The notes under the pieces: generated by a model
What the model was told of the DNA's origin: nothing
What the model saw: the letters and a program-made list of their open reading frames with translations, nothing else
Databases searched by the model: none
Made by a program: the position numbers and the translations under genes
NCBI GenBank assembly: GCA_965601735.1
Contig: OZ271840.1
Span: 910,590 to 974,589, forward strand
Direction: 5' to 3'
DNA from: Alphaproteobacteria bacterium
GTDB taxonomy: Bacteria > Pseudomonadota > Alphaproteobacteria > JBBDQX01
Length of the DNA stretch: 64,000 nt
Part shown: piece by piece, positions 57,711 to 64,000 of the stretch
Layout: the number at the start of each line of letters is the position of its first letter
Numbering within the stretch: position 1 is the stretch's first letter

Positions 57711-58249
57711 TTCGGGGCCTGATCCAAGAGTTTGTAGTAGAAACCGCCTCCGATCTCCTTGCCGTCGACCATGGCATAGTGCGGGTGATGGCCCCACTTC
57801 ACAAATCCCATGGATTCGTACAGGGCGATGGCGGCGCGCTGGGTGTCACGTACATCTAGGTTCAGAACGCGAAATCCTTTGGCGCGGGCAGATGTCTCGA
57901 TCGATTCAGTGAGCATGCGGGCCAACCCATGCCCGCGCGCCCAGGGGGCGACGAAAGCGCTGGTTAGTTGACAGGCAAAACCCTGAGCCTCGTTGTTCTT
58001 GGGGTTTCTGTAGAGTTGCCCGGAACCACAAATCGTGCCGTTCAGGCGCGCGACATGGAGCTCACGCTCGGGTACAAGCAAGACCCCGCGCCAGTAACGC
58101 TCTAGCGTATCGCGCGGTGGCGGCTTGACCCAGCCGAACCCGCCGCCATCAAGGATCGCACCTTCGGTTGCCTCACAAAGGTCACTGAGATCCTGGTCGG
58201 ATAACTCCTCCAAGCGCTCCACGCCAAGGGTCGGGCTGACCTCATCCAT
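57707..58249 (-). CDS. GNAT-family N-acetyltransferase embedded in the his operon
   Basis: 180 aa with an acetyl-CoA-binding pattern (..[16 protein letters not shown].. and ..ALYESMGF..). Lies 4 nt after the hisH stop and overlaps the hisA start. Confidence 0.8.
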   Translation of the reverse strand: MDEVSPTLGVERLEELSDQDLSDLCEATEGAILDGGGFGWVKPPPRDTLERYWRGVLLVPERELHVARLNGTICGSGQLYRNPKNNEAQGFACQLTSAFVAPWARGHGLARMLTESIETSARAKGFRVLNLDVRDTQRAAIALYESMGFVKWGHHPHYAMVDGKEIGGGFYYKLLDQAPK

Positions 58250-58253
58250 AAGT

Positions 58254-58898
58254 TCAGGGCCGCCAACGGAGAAAGCTGCCGATCAGGCGCAGACCGGCTG
58301 CCTGGCTCTTCTCGGGATGAAACTGTGTCCCGGCCATGTTATCGCGCGCCACGGCGGCCGTCAGGGGACCACCGTAATCCACAGTCGCCACGGCATCCGC
58401 GGGATTGGCGCACTCGAAACGATAGCTGTGGACGAAATACATGTGGGTCCCTGGCGCGAGGTCCTCGAAAACCGGGTGCTTCGTCTCGCCAAGGGCAAGA
58501 TCGTTCCATCCCATGTGAGGAACCTTAAGGGTGGGGTCCGCCGGTCGCAACGGCACCACTGCGCCGGAAATCCATCCCAAACCTGGGTGTTCGCCATGCT
58601 CGCGCCCCACGTCCGCCATCAGCTGCATCCCAACGCAAATGCCGAGAAAGGGGCGGGCATCCTCACGCACCACGCGGGTCAGCGCGTCGACCATCCCTGG
58701 CAGGGCCGATAGACCGGCCATGCAGTCAGCGAACGCGCCAACACCGGGCAGTACGATGTGTGAGGCCTTGCGCAATTCATCAGGCTCCGCTGTGACTACA
58801 ACTGAGCCTGCGCCGATATCCGTTAGCGTCCGCTCGAAAGCCTTGGCAGCAGATCTCAGGTTGCCGGAGCCATAATCGATGATGGCGGCGCGGATCAC
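58254..58898 (-). CDS. hisH: Imidazole glycerol phosphate synthase, glutamine amidotransferase subunit
   Basis: ..[16 protein letters not shown].., ..LPGVGAF.., catalytic ..GICVGMQL.. and ..FHPEKS... Confidence 0.96.
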   Translation of the reverse strand: MIRAAIIDYGSGNLRSAAKAFERTLTDIGAGSVVVTAEPDELRKASHIVLPGVGAFADCMAGLSALPGMVDALTRVVREDARPFLGICVGMQLMADVGREHGEHPGLGWISGAVVPLRPADPTLKVPHMGWNDLALGETKHPVFEDLAPGTHMYFVHSYRFECANPADAVATVDYGGPLTAAVARDNMAGTQFHPEKSQAAGLRLIGSFLRWRP

Positions 58899-59413
58899 GT
58901 TCCTCCACCTCCCGGTGCCGGTCGCCAGCCAGCATTATCTCGGTCTCTGCCCAGCCGCGGACCAAAGGGATCAGGCCAAGCTGAATTCCAGCCGCCCAGC
59001 GCGGTCCCTGGCTGGGAATCAACGATCCGCCTGTTTGCAAACAACTCGGGCTGCTCATCCATGAGCCGTTGTGCGGCGCTATCCGGATCGCTGGCGCCGA
59101 CGACCGCAACCTCATCGCACCCAGCGCGCGCCAACGACCACCGGCGCAGATCGTGGCCGGTGAGCCCTAGGACAAGGGCTGCCGCCGCGGAAAACAGGAC
59201 CATGAGGCCCTGCCCTATCGCGAGGGCCTGCAATGCTGCGCTAGCCGCAAAACTCACCGCAACCAGAAGCGCCGCGACGATCCACATCCGATGCCACAGC
59301 GCCCAAAACACGGGCACGATGGCTGCAGGCCAGCAGAATCCCTCGGGGATCAGCTTTAGGTCTCGATCCGGGGCGGTGGCGCTTGGCCGCACATGGGCGG
59401 TATAGATGCGCAT
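58895..59413 (-). CDS. DUF2628-type small membrane protein between hisB and hisH
   Basis: Start ATG 59413: [10 protein letters not shown]....[27 protein letters not shown].. plus a second TM helix. The track ORF extension to 59698 overlaps hisB and is rejected. Confidence 0.65.
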   Translation of the reverse strand: MRIYTAHVRPSATAPDRDLKLIPEGFCWPAAIVPVFWALWHRMWIVAALLVAVSFAASAALQALAIGQGLMVLFSAAAALVLGLTGHDLRRWSLARAGCDEVAVVGASDPDSAAQRLMDEQPELFANRRIVDSQPGTALGGWNSAWPDPFGPRLGRDRDNAGWRPAPGGGGT

Positions 59414-59421
59414 GGTCGTGC

Positions 59422-60021
59422 CTACAGGGAACCGGCCAGCGTGCCTTTGGTTGACGGTACGGTGTTGCCACGTCGCGGGTCCGGCTCTACTGCTTCGCGT
59501 AGAGCCCGGGCAAGGCCCTTGAAACAAGCCTCTGCGATGTGGTGGTTGTTGTCCCCATAGAGCGCCTCGACATGCAGGGTGAGGCCAGCCGACTGCGCAA
59601 ACGCATGAAACCATTCGCGCACCAGTTCGCTGTCCAGCCCCCCAATCCTGGGCGTATTGAAGCGCACGTTCCATACTAGGAAGGGCCGGTTGGAACAATC
59701 GACCACCACACGGGCCAGCGCTTCGTCCATCGGACTCAGCGCCGAGCCGTAACGGCGTATGCCCCGACGCTCCCCAAGTGCGTCGCGAACGGCCTCACCC
59801 AGCGCAAGGCCGCAATCCTCTGCTGTGTGGTGGGCATCAATCTCGAGATCGCCCTTCGCGCGCAATGCAATGTCGATCAATCCGTGGCGCGACAACTGGT
59901 CGAGCATATGGTCCAGAAACCCGATGCCCGTGTCGATGTCGCTCTCACCCGTTCCATCGAGATTGACGGAGACGGCGATGTCGGTTTCTTGCGTCTTGCG
60001 GGCGACGCTGGCCTGGCGCAT
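59422..60021 (-). CDS. hisB: Imidazoleglycerol-phosphate dehydratase
   Basis: ..[14 protein letters not shown]...[11 protein letters not shown].., ..DAHHT.ED.G.ALG.., ..G.NNHHI.EA.FK... Confidence 0.97.
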   Translation of the reverse strand: MRQASVARKTQETDIAVSVNLDGTGESDIDTGIGFLDHMLDQLSRHGLIDIALRAKGDLEIDAHHTAEDCGLALGEAVRDALGERRGIRRYGSALSPMDEALARVVVDCSNRPFLVWNVRFNTPRIGGLDSELVREWFHAFAQSAGLTLHVEALYGDNNHHIAEACFKGLARALREAVEPDPRRGNTVPSTKGTLAGSL

Positions 60022-60117
60022 GGCTTTAGTCCTCGATGCGGGCGCCGGGGCGCCTAGACGGGACCGACTTGTTTAGCAGGCAGACCACAGGCTTGCCAGC
60101 GGCGCGGTCTTGACCGC

Positions 60118-60146
60118 GAACCTTGTCGCGCCAACATGGACAGCCT
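60118..60146 (+). promoter_or_regulatory. Candidate RpoH (sigma32)-type promoter upstream of hslVU
   Basis: CTTG (60118..60121)-N18-CCAACAT (60140..60146), about 40 nt upstream of the hslV ATG. Same spacing as the dnaK candidate, but the -10 is only a partial match. Confidence 0.35.
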
Positions 60147-60187
60147 CAGGAGCGTAGCCCGCACCCATCAAGCTTCTCGGACAGAAC

Positions 60188-60739
60188 ATGACCTCATCTG
60201 ACAGCGCGGCTTGGCACGGCACGACCATCCTTTCGGTCCGCAAAGGAGACACTGTGGTTGTCGCCGGCGACGGCCAAGTTTCTTTCGGTCCGACCGTAAT
60301 AAAGTCCGGTGCCCGCAAGGTGCGGCGCCTCGGCGATGATGGCGGGGTCTTGGTCGGCTTCGCTGGTGCGACGGCCGACGCCTTTACTCTGTTTGAGCGG
60401 CTGGAAGGCAAGCTTGAGCAGTATCCCCGGCAGCTCACGCGGGCCTGTGTCGAGCTTGCCAAAGATTGGCGAACCGACCGCTACTTACGCCGGCTTGAGG
60501 CGATGATGGCGGTCGCCGATTCCAAGGTGAGCCTCGTGCTGAGCGGCACCGGTGATGTGCTAGAACCCGACGACGGCCTGATCGGTATCGGTTCCGGTGG
60601 AAGCTACGCCTTGGCAGCTGCCCGTGCGCTAGCTGACCGCGACGATATGTCCGCCGAAGATATTGCCCGCCGCGCAATGGGGATTGCCGCCGACATTTGC
60701 GTCTATACCAATCACGAGATCACGGTCGAAACCCTGTGA
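60188..60739 (+). CDS. hslV: ATP-dependent protease subunit HslV
   Basis: ..[33 protein letters not shown].. N-terminal Thr protease pattern. Confidence 0.97.
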   Translation: MTSSDSAAWHGTTILSVRKGDTVVVAGDGQVSFGPTVIKSGARKVRRLGDDGGVLVGFAGATADAFTLFERLEGKLEQYPRQLTRACVELAKDWRTDRYLRRLEAMMAVADSKVSLVLSGTGDVLEPDDGLIGIGSGGSYALAAARALADRDDMSAEDIARRAMGIAADICVYTNHEITVETL

Positions 60740-62046
60740 CGAATTTCAGCCCCCGCGAGATTGTCCACGAACTGGACCGATTCATCGTTGGTCAGGACGA
60801 CGCCAAGCGCGCCGTCGCCATAGCCTTGCGCAACCGCTGGCGCCGCCAGCAGCTTCCAGAGGAGCTGCGGGAAGAGGTGCTGCCTAAGAACATTCTGATG
60901 ATCGGGCCGACCGGTGTAGGCAAGACGGAGATCGCTCGACGGCTGGCGCGGCTAGCTCAGGCGCCGTTCATTAAGGTGGAAGCCACCAAGTTCACAGAGG
61001 TGGGCTATGTCGGGCGCGACGTAGAACAGATAGTGCGCGATTTGGTCGAAGCGGCGATCGCGATGACCCGCGAGCGGATGCGCCGGGAAGTGCGGGCCCG
61101 CGCCGAGCTTCATGCCGAGGACCGGGTGATCGACGCCCTTGTCGGCGAGAAGGCATCCGAGGAGACCCGGCAGAAGTTCCGAAAACTGTTGCGCGAGGGC
61201 AAGCTCGACGACAAAGAGATTGATGTCTCGGTTGCCGATGGCCCCCAGTTCAATCTGCCAACTTTCGACATGCCCGGCATGCCGGGCGCACAGATGGGGA
61301 TGCTCGACCTCAATGACATCCTAGGCAAGGCCATGGGCGGTCGTGAGAAATCCCGCAGAATGACCGTGGCTGAGGCCCATGACGTGCTGGTCGGACAGGA
61401 GAGCGATAAACTCCTCGACGAGGAGCGGGTGGTGCGAGAGTCGATTTCCAGCGTGGAGAACAACGGCATCGTCTTCCTCGACGAAATCGACAAAATCTGC
61501 GCCCGCGCAGACCGACATGGTGCAGACGTGAGCCGTGAGGGCGTACAGCGAGATTTGTTACCGTTAATCGAAGGCACGACTGTCGCGACAAAACACGGTG
61601 CGGTAAAGACCGACCATATTCTGTTCGTGGCCTCGGGTGCGTTTCATCTCGCCAAACCGTCCGATCTGCTGCCAGAGCTTCAGGGTCGGTTACCAATCCG
61701 CGTCGAATTAAGGCCGTTGTCCCGTGAGGATCTGAAGCGGATCCTAGTGGAGCCTGAGGCGAGCCTGGTCACGCAGTACGTTGCCCTCATGGCAACCGAG
61801 GATGTCACGCTGCGCTTCACGGACGAGGCAATTGATGCCTTGGCGAGCCTGGCTGCGGAAATCAACGAGACGGTGGAGAATATCGGTGCACGTCGCCTCC
61901 AAACTGTATTAGAGCGCCTTCTGGAAGAAATCAGCTTCAACGCCGGCGATGGTGGCGAGAAGGAAGTAGAGATTGATGCCGCCATGGTGCACGAGCGTGT
62001 AGCGGAGCTCGCGAAAGACGCAGACCTCTCGAAATTCATCCTCTAG
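60736..62046 (+). CDS. hslU: ATP-dependent protease ATPase subunit HslU
   Basis: (V)[36 protein letters not shown].., Walker A ..[17 protein letters not shown].., ..[11 protein letters not shown]... GTG 60736 overlaps the hslV stop (GTGA). Confidence 0.97.
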   Translation: MTNFSPREIVHELDRFIVGQDDAKRAVAIALRNRWRRQQLPEELREEVLPKNILMIGPTGVGKTEIARRLARLAQAPFIKVEATKFTEVGYVGRDVEQIVRDLVEAAIAMTRERMRREVRARAELHAEDRVIDALVGEKASEETRQKFRKLLREGKLDDKEIDVSVADGPQFNLPTFDMPGMPGAQMGMLDLNDILGKAMGGREKSRRMTVAEAHDVLVGQESDKLLDEERVVRESISSVENNGIVFLDEIDKICARADRHGADVSREGVQRDLLPLIEGTTVATKHGAVKTDHILFVASGAFHLAKPSDLLPELQGRLPIRVELRPLSREDLKRILVEPEASLVTQYVALMATEDVTLRFTDEAIDALASLAAEINETVENIGARRLQTVLERLLEEISFNAGDGGEKEVEIDAAMVHERVAELAKDADLSKFIL

Positions 62047-62056
62047 GCGAGGTTGC

Positions 62057-62416
62057 CTAATCGCTCCGAAGCTTGAGCTCAGCCAGCATTCGGCGCAAAG
62101 CATCCGGAGAAAGGCGATCGATGGATTCTGCAAGCCGATTGGCGAGTTCTGTCGCGTCGGGGCTGAGGCCGCCGGTATCGATGACCGCACGAGGGTGCGA
62201 CAGTTCCGCAAGCCGGCGCAACTCATCTGCGTCATCCCAAATGAGATCGAAGTACTCGCAGACCTGATGCATCAACCCGGCGCTGGGCCGGCCACGCCGG
62301 CCGTGTTCGAGGGCCGAGAGGTAAGCGGCTGAGACCTTCAGTTCAGCAGCCATATCTTGTAGTGAAACTCCCCGGCCCGCCCGGAGGGCGCGCACCTTCA
62401 CACCAAAAGGCGTCAT
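62057..62416 (-). CDS. XRE-family helix-turn-helix transcriptional regulator
   Basis: ..GVKVRALRAGRGVSLQDMAAELKVSAAYLSALEHGRRG.. HTH_3 pattern. ATG overlaps the upstream Smr gene stop (ATGA). Confidence 0.82.
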   Translation of the reverse strand: MTPFGVKVRALRAGRGVSLQDMAAELKVSAAYLSALEHGRRGRPSAGLMHQVCEYFDLIWDDADELRRLAELSHPRAVIDTGGLSPDATELANRLAESIDRLSPDALRRMLAELKLRSD

Positions 62417-62997
62417 CGATTGCGGCGCAACAGGATGTAGAGCGCACCAGTTCCGCCGTGCTGGGGGCGGGCGGGCGCCGTCGCTAGGATGCGCCGGGCG
62501 AGGTCAGGCTCGGCGAGCCATTCTGGTACCGAAGCCCTCAGAACGCCGGTGCGTTGCGGCCGGCCGAAATCATCAGGCGCGCTGCGTGCTCCCTTGCCAG
62601 TGATGACAAGCACGCACCGGTGACCGGCCGATTGGCTGTCACGGATGTAAGCGGCGAGCGCATGGTGTGCCTCTTCGCGATTGAGCCCATGCAAATCGAG
62701 CCGCGAATCAATCGGCAATTGGCCCCTTCGGAGCCGGTCGGCCGTGCGGCGATCAAGGCCGGGCATCCGGCCCCGTTCCACTGGTCCCGGAAGCGTCGCG
62801 GTTGACGCTGATGTCCGAGACCTCGGCGGAGGCATGGAATCGATTGTCTTCTTGTTCGGTGGGGCCTCGCGGCCCGAAGACGCTACTTCTGGTGCCTGGC
62901 GACGCTTGCGCAAAGGGGATACATCCCGGGTGACCCGGTCCCAAAGCGCCGCGTCATCATCTTTTCCCCCAGGCATGGCCGCTTCAGTCCTCTTCAA
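62413..62997 (-). CDS. Smr (small MutS-related) domain protein
   Basis: C-terminal Smr domain ..IDSRLDLHGLNREEAHHALAAYI......GHRCVLVITGKG.. ..GVLR..VP.WL... Low-complexity N-terminal half. Start may be ATG 62976. Confidence 0.85.
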   Translation of the reverse strand: MKRTEAAMPGGKDDDAALWDRVTRDVSPLRKRRQAPEVASSGREAPPNKKTIDSMPPPRSRTSASTATLPGPVERGRMPGLDRRTADRLRRGQLPIDSRLDLHGLNREEAHHALAAYIRDSQSAGHRCVLVITGKGARSAPDDFGRPQRTGVLRASVPEWLAEPDLARRILATAPARPQHGGTGALYILLRRNR

Positions 62998-63667
62998 TCA
63001 AAACAATATGCAACTGCCGTGGGCCATGCACGCCCAACTCGATGGTTTGTTCAATGTCGGCTGTTCGCGATGGACCGGTGACCATCATGACATTACGCGG
63101 CATAAAACCACTGTGGTCTTCTGCGCGCTGCCGTAAGCGGTCCCAGGCATCCTCGTAGGCGCCAACAATATCGCCATGGCGAATCACGACGATGCACGAA
63201 TCTCCCAGGAGGTTCAGCGTCGTGGGAGTCTCCGGGCCCGAGAGCATCATGAGGGTCCCTGTTTCAGCCACGCCAGCAAAGGCGTGGGTAAGTGTCACTT
63301 CATCGGTCGCGCCGGCCGGGCCGCGACGAAGCTGCAGCAAGGGCTGGCTGTCCCAGGGCATCGCATCAATCCGCGGATCAGGGGCGGCAGCGAGGCCAGT
63401 GGGAAGATTGTTGTCGGCCAGGAACTCGGCGACCGCACGCGGCACATCATCCACGGATGCGACCCGGTCGACCGAAGCGAATTCCCTCTCAGCCATGGTG
63501 ACAAACCGATCGACGGCCGCCGCACCGGAGTCTCTTGACCGCGCCGGCAATGAGTGGCGGGGATGTTTCGAGAGCCTTGCCTCGACCGCGGTAAGCGCCT
63601 CTCCCTGGAGCGGCCCTCGCCGCAGGGATCTGCGGATGCCAGCGAGAGTGGCCTCACGGCTGCTCAT
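62984..63667 (-). CDS. lutC: LutC/YkgG-family lactate utilization protein
   Basis: 227-aa ORF directly (2 nt) after a LutB-type Fe-S gene, with LUD-domain-like pattern (..TLTHAFAGVAETGTLMM.., ..VVI.. ..IVGAYEDAW..). Confidence 0.7.
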   Translation of the reverse strand: MSSREATLAGIRRSLRRGPLQGEALTAVEARLSKHPRHSLPARSRDSGAAAVDRFVTMAEREFASVDRVASVDDVPRAVAEFLADNNLPTGLAAAPDPRIDAMPWDSQPLLQLRRGPAGATDEVTLTHAFAGVAETGTLMMLSGPETPTTLNLLGDSCIVVIRHGDIVGAYEDAWDRLRQRAEDHSGFMPRNVMMVTGPSRTADIEQTIELGVHGPRQLHIVLIEED

Positions 63668-63669
63668 GA

Positions 63670-64000
63670 TTAGGCCCTCTCACGGTCGCGCCATTGCGCC
63701 ATGAATGTATCGCCTTCAGGCGCTGGAAAATCGCGATGGCGTGTCCAGCCACCTGCAAAGGGGAGCGAGTGCAAGCGTCCCTGTTTCCCGCCAAGCCGCG
63801 CCAGTGCCCTTGTGGCAACGCGCGTTGCCCAACGATAAAGGCGCGGCCGGCGCGCGAAGGCGGCCCAAAAACGCAGTGCGAATCGGGCCGATGCCGGCGA
63901 CAGATGCCGCTCGAACTCCCTTTCCCGCCAATGCCGCATCATCTTTGGCAGCGGGATTTTCATCGGACAGACCTCCGCACATTTCCCGCAAAAGGTCGAT
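63670..64000 (-). CDS. lutB: LutB/YkgF-type iron-sulfur lactate utilization protein, C-terminal part (gene runs off the right edge)
   Basis: The frame is open to the window end. Manual translation of 63961..64000 gives ..CGKCAEVCPMKIPLPKMM.. (4Fe-4S CxxCxxxCP motif), followed by the DUF3390-like tail. Confidence 0.7.
   Translation of the reverse strand, partial: STFCGKCAEVCPMKIPLPKMMRHWREREFERHLSPASARFALRFWAAFARRPRLYRWATRVATRALARLGGKQGRLHSLPFAGGWTRHRDFPAPEGDTFMAQWRDRERA

Noticed and set aside
59414-59698. Upstream extension of ORF 58895..59698 overlapping hisB
   Set aside because: The extension runs through the hisB coding region in another frame. ATG 59413 lies 8 nt after the hisB stop and gives the expected two-TM DUF2628-like protein.
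1-64000. Mobile elements, prophage, CRISPR arrays, defence islands, rRNA/tRNA genes
   Set aside because: No transposase, integrase, recombinase, Cas or phage-like ORF appears in any frame. No spacer-repeat periodicity was seen. The only compositionally deviant stretches are two short AT-rich promoter islands (8461..8535, 32445..32510). The window looks like conserved chromosomal backbone.

Overview
High-GC (roughly two-thirds G+C by eye) chromosomal core region with alphaproteobacterial hallmarks: Ros/MucR regulator, olsB-olsA, the Alph_Pro_TM(TIGR02186)-TauE pair, hisB-DUF2628-hisH, hrcA-grpE next to rph-rdgB-hemW, and mutS-glnD-murJ-trpS. The window is almost fully coding. I call 67 protein genes, mostly housekeeping. 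These include the lnt/corC/ybeY/phoH/miaB cluster, ornithine-lipid genes, fur, mucR, tsaB/rimI, trpS, murJ, glnD, mutS, maeB, phoR, ald, ampG, nth, dapB, dnaKJ, grpE, hrcA, rph, rdgB, hemW, rsmI, gshB, comM, the his operon, hslVU and lutBC. I found no rRNA, tRNA, CRISPR array, transposase, integrase or prophage signature. Many long ORFs in the track are antisense or alternative-frame artefacts of the high GC content. The most unusual locus is a tight minus-strand cluster at 49752-53736. It encodes a Sec-exported protein with a Y-Y-Y-P-P-P-G-T-N motif followed by two paralogous TPR-sulfotransferases, one with an intact and one with a degenerate PAPS-binding loop. I flag it as a candidate, undescribed protein (tyrosine) sulfation module, speculative because it rests on motif and gene context only. 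Other points are listed below.
- ampG has a conserved N-terminus encoded upstream of any ATG/GTG/TTG start.
- A bactofilin-lipoprotein pair sits behind an AT-rich promoter island.
- A GNAT gene is wedged into the his operon.
- An Smr-XRE pair is translationally coupled.
- A very AT-rich, GANTC-dense mucR promoter island lies between mucR and a tusA-like gene.
- Several convergent gene pairs have touching or overlapping stop codons.
All functional calls come from reading the translated ORFs and motifs. No database search was run.
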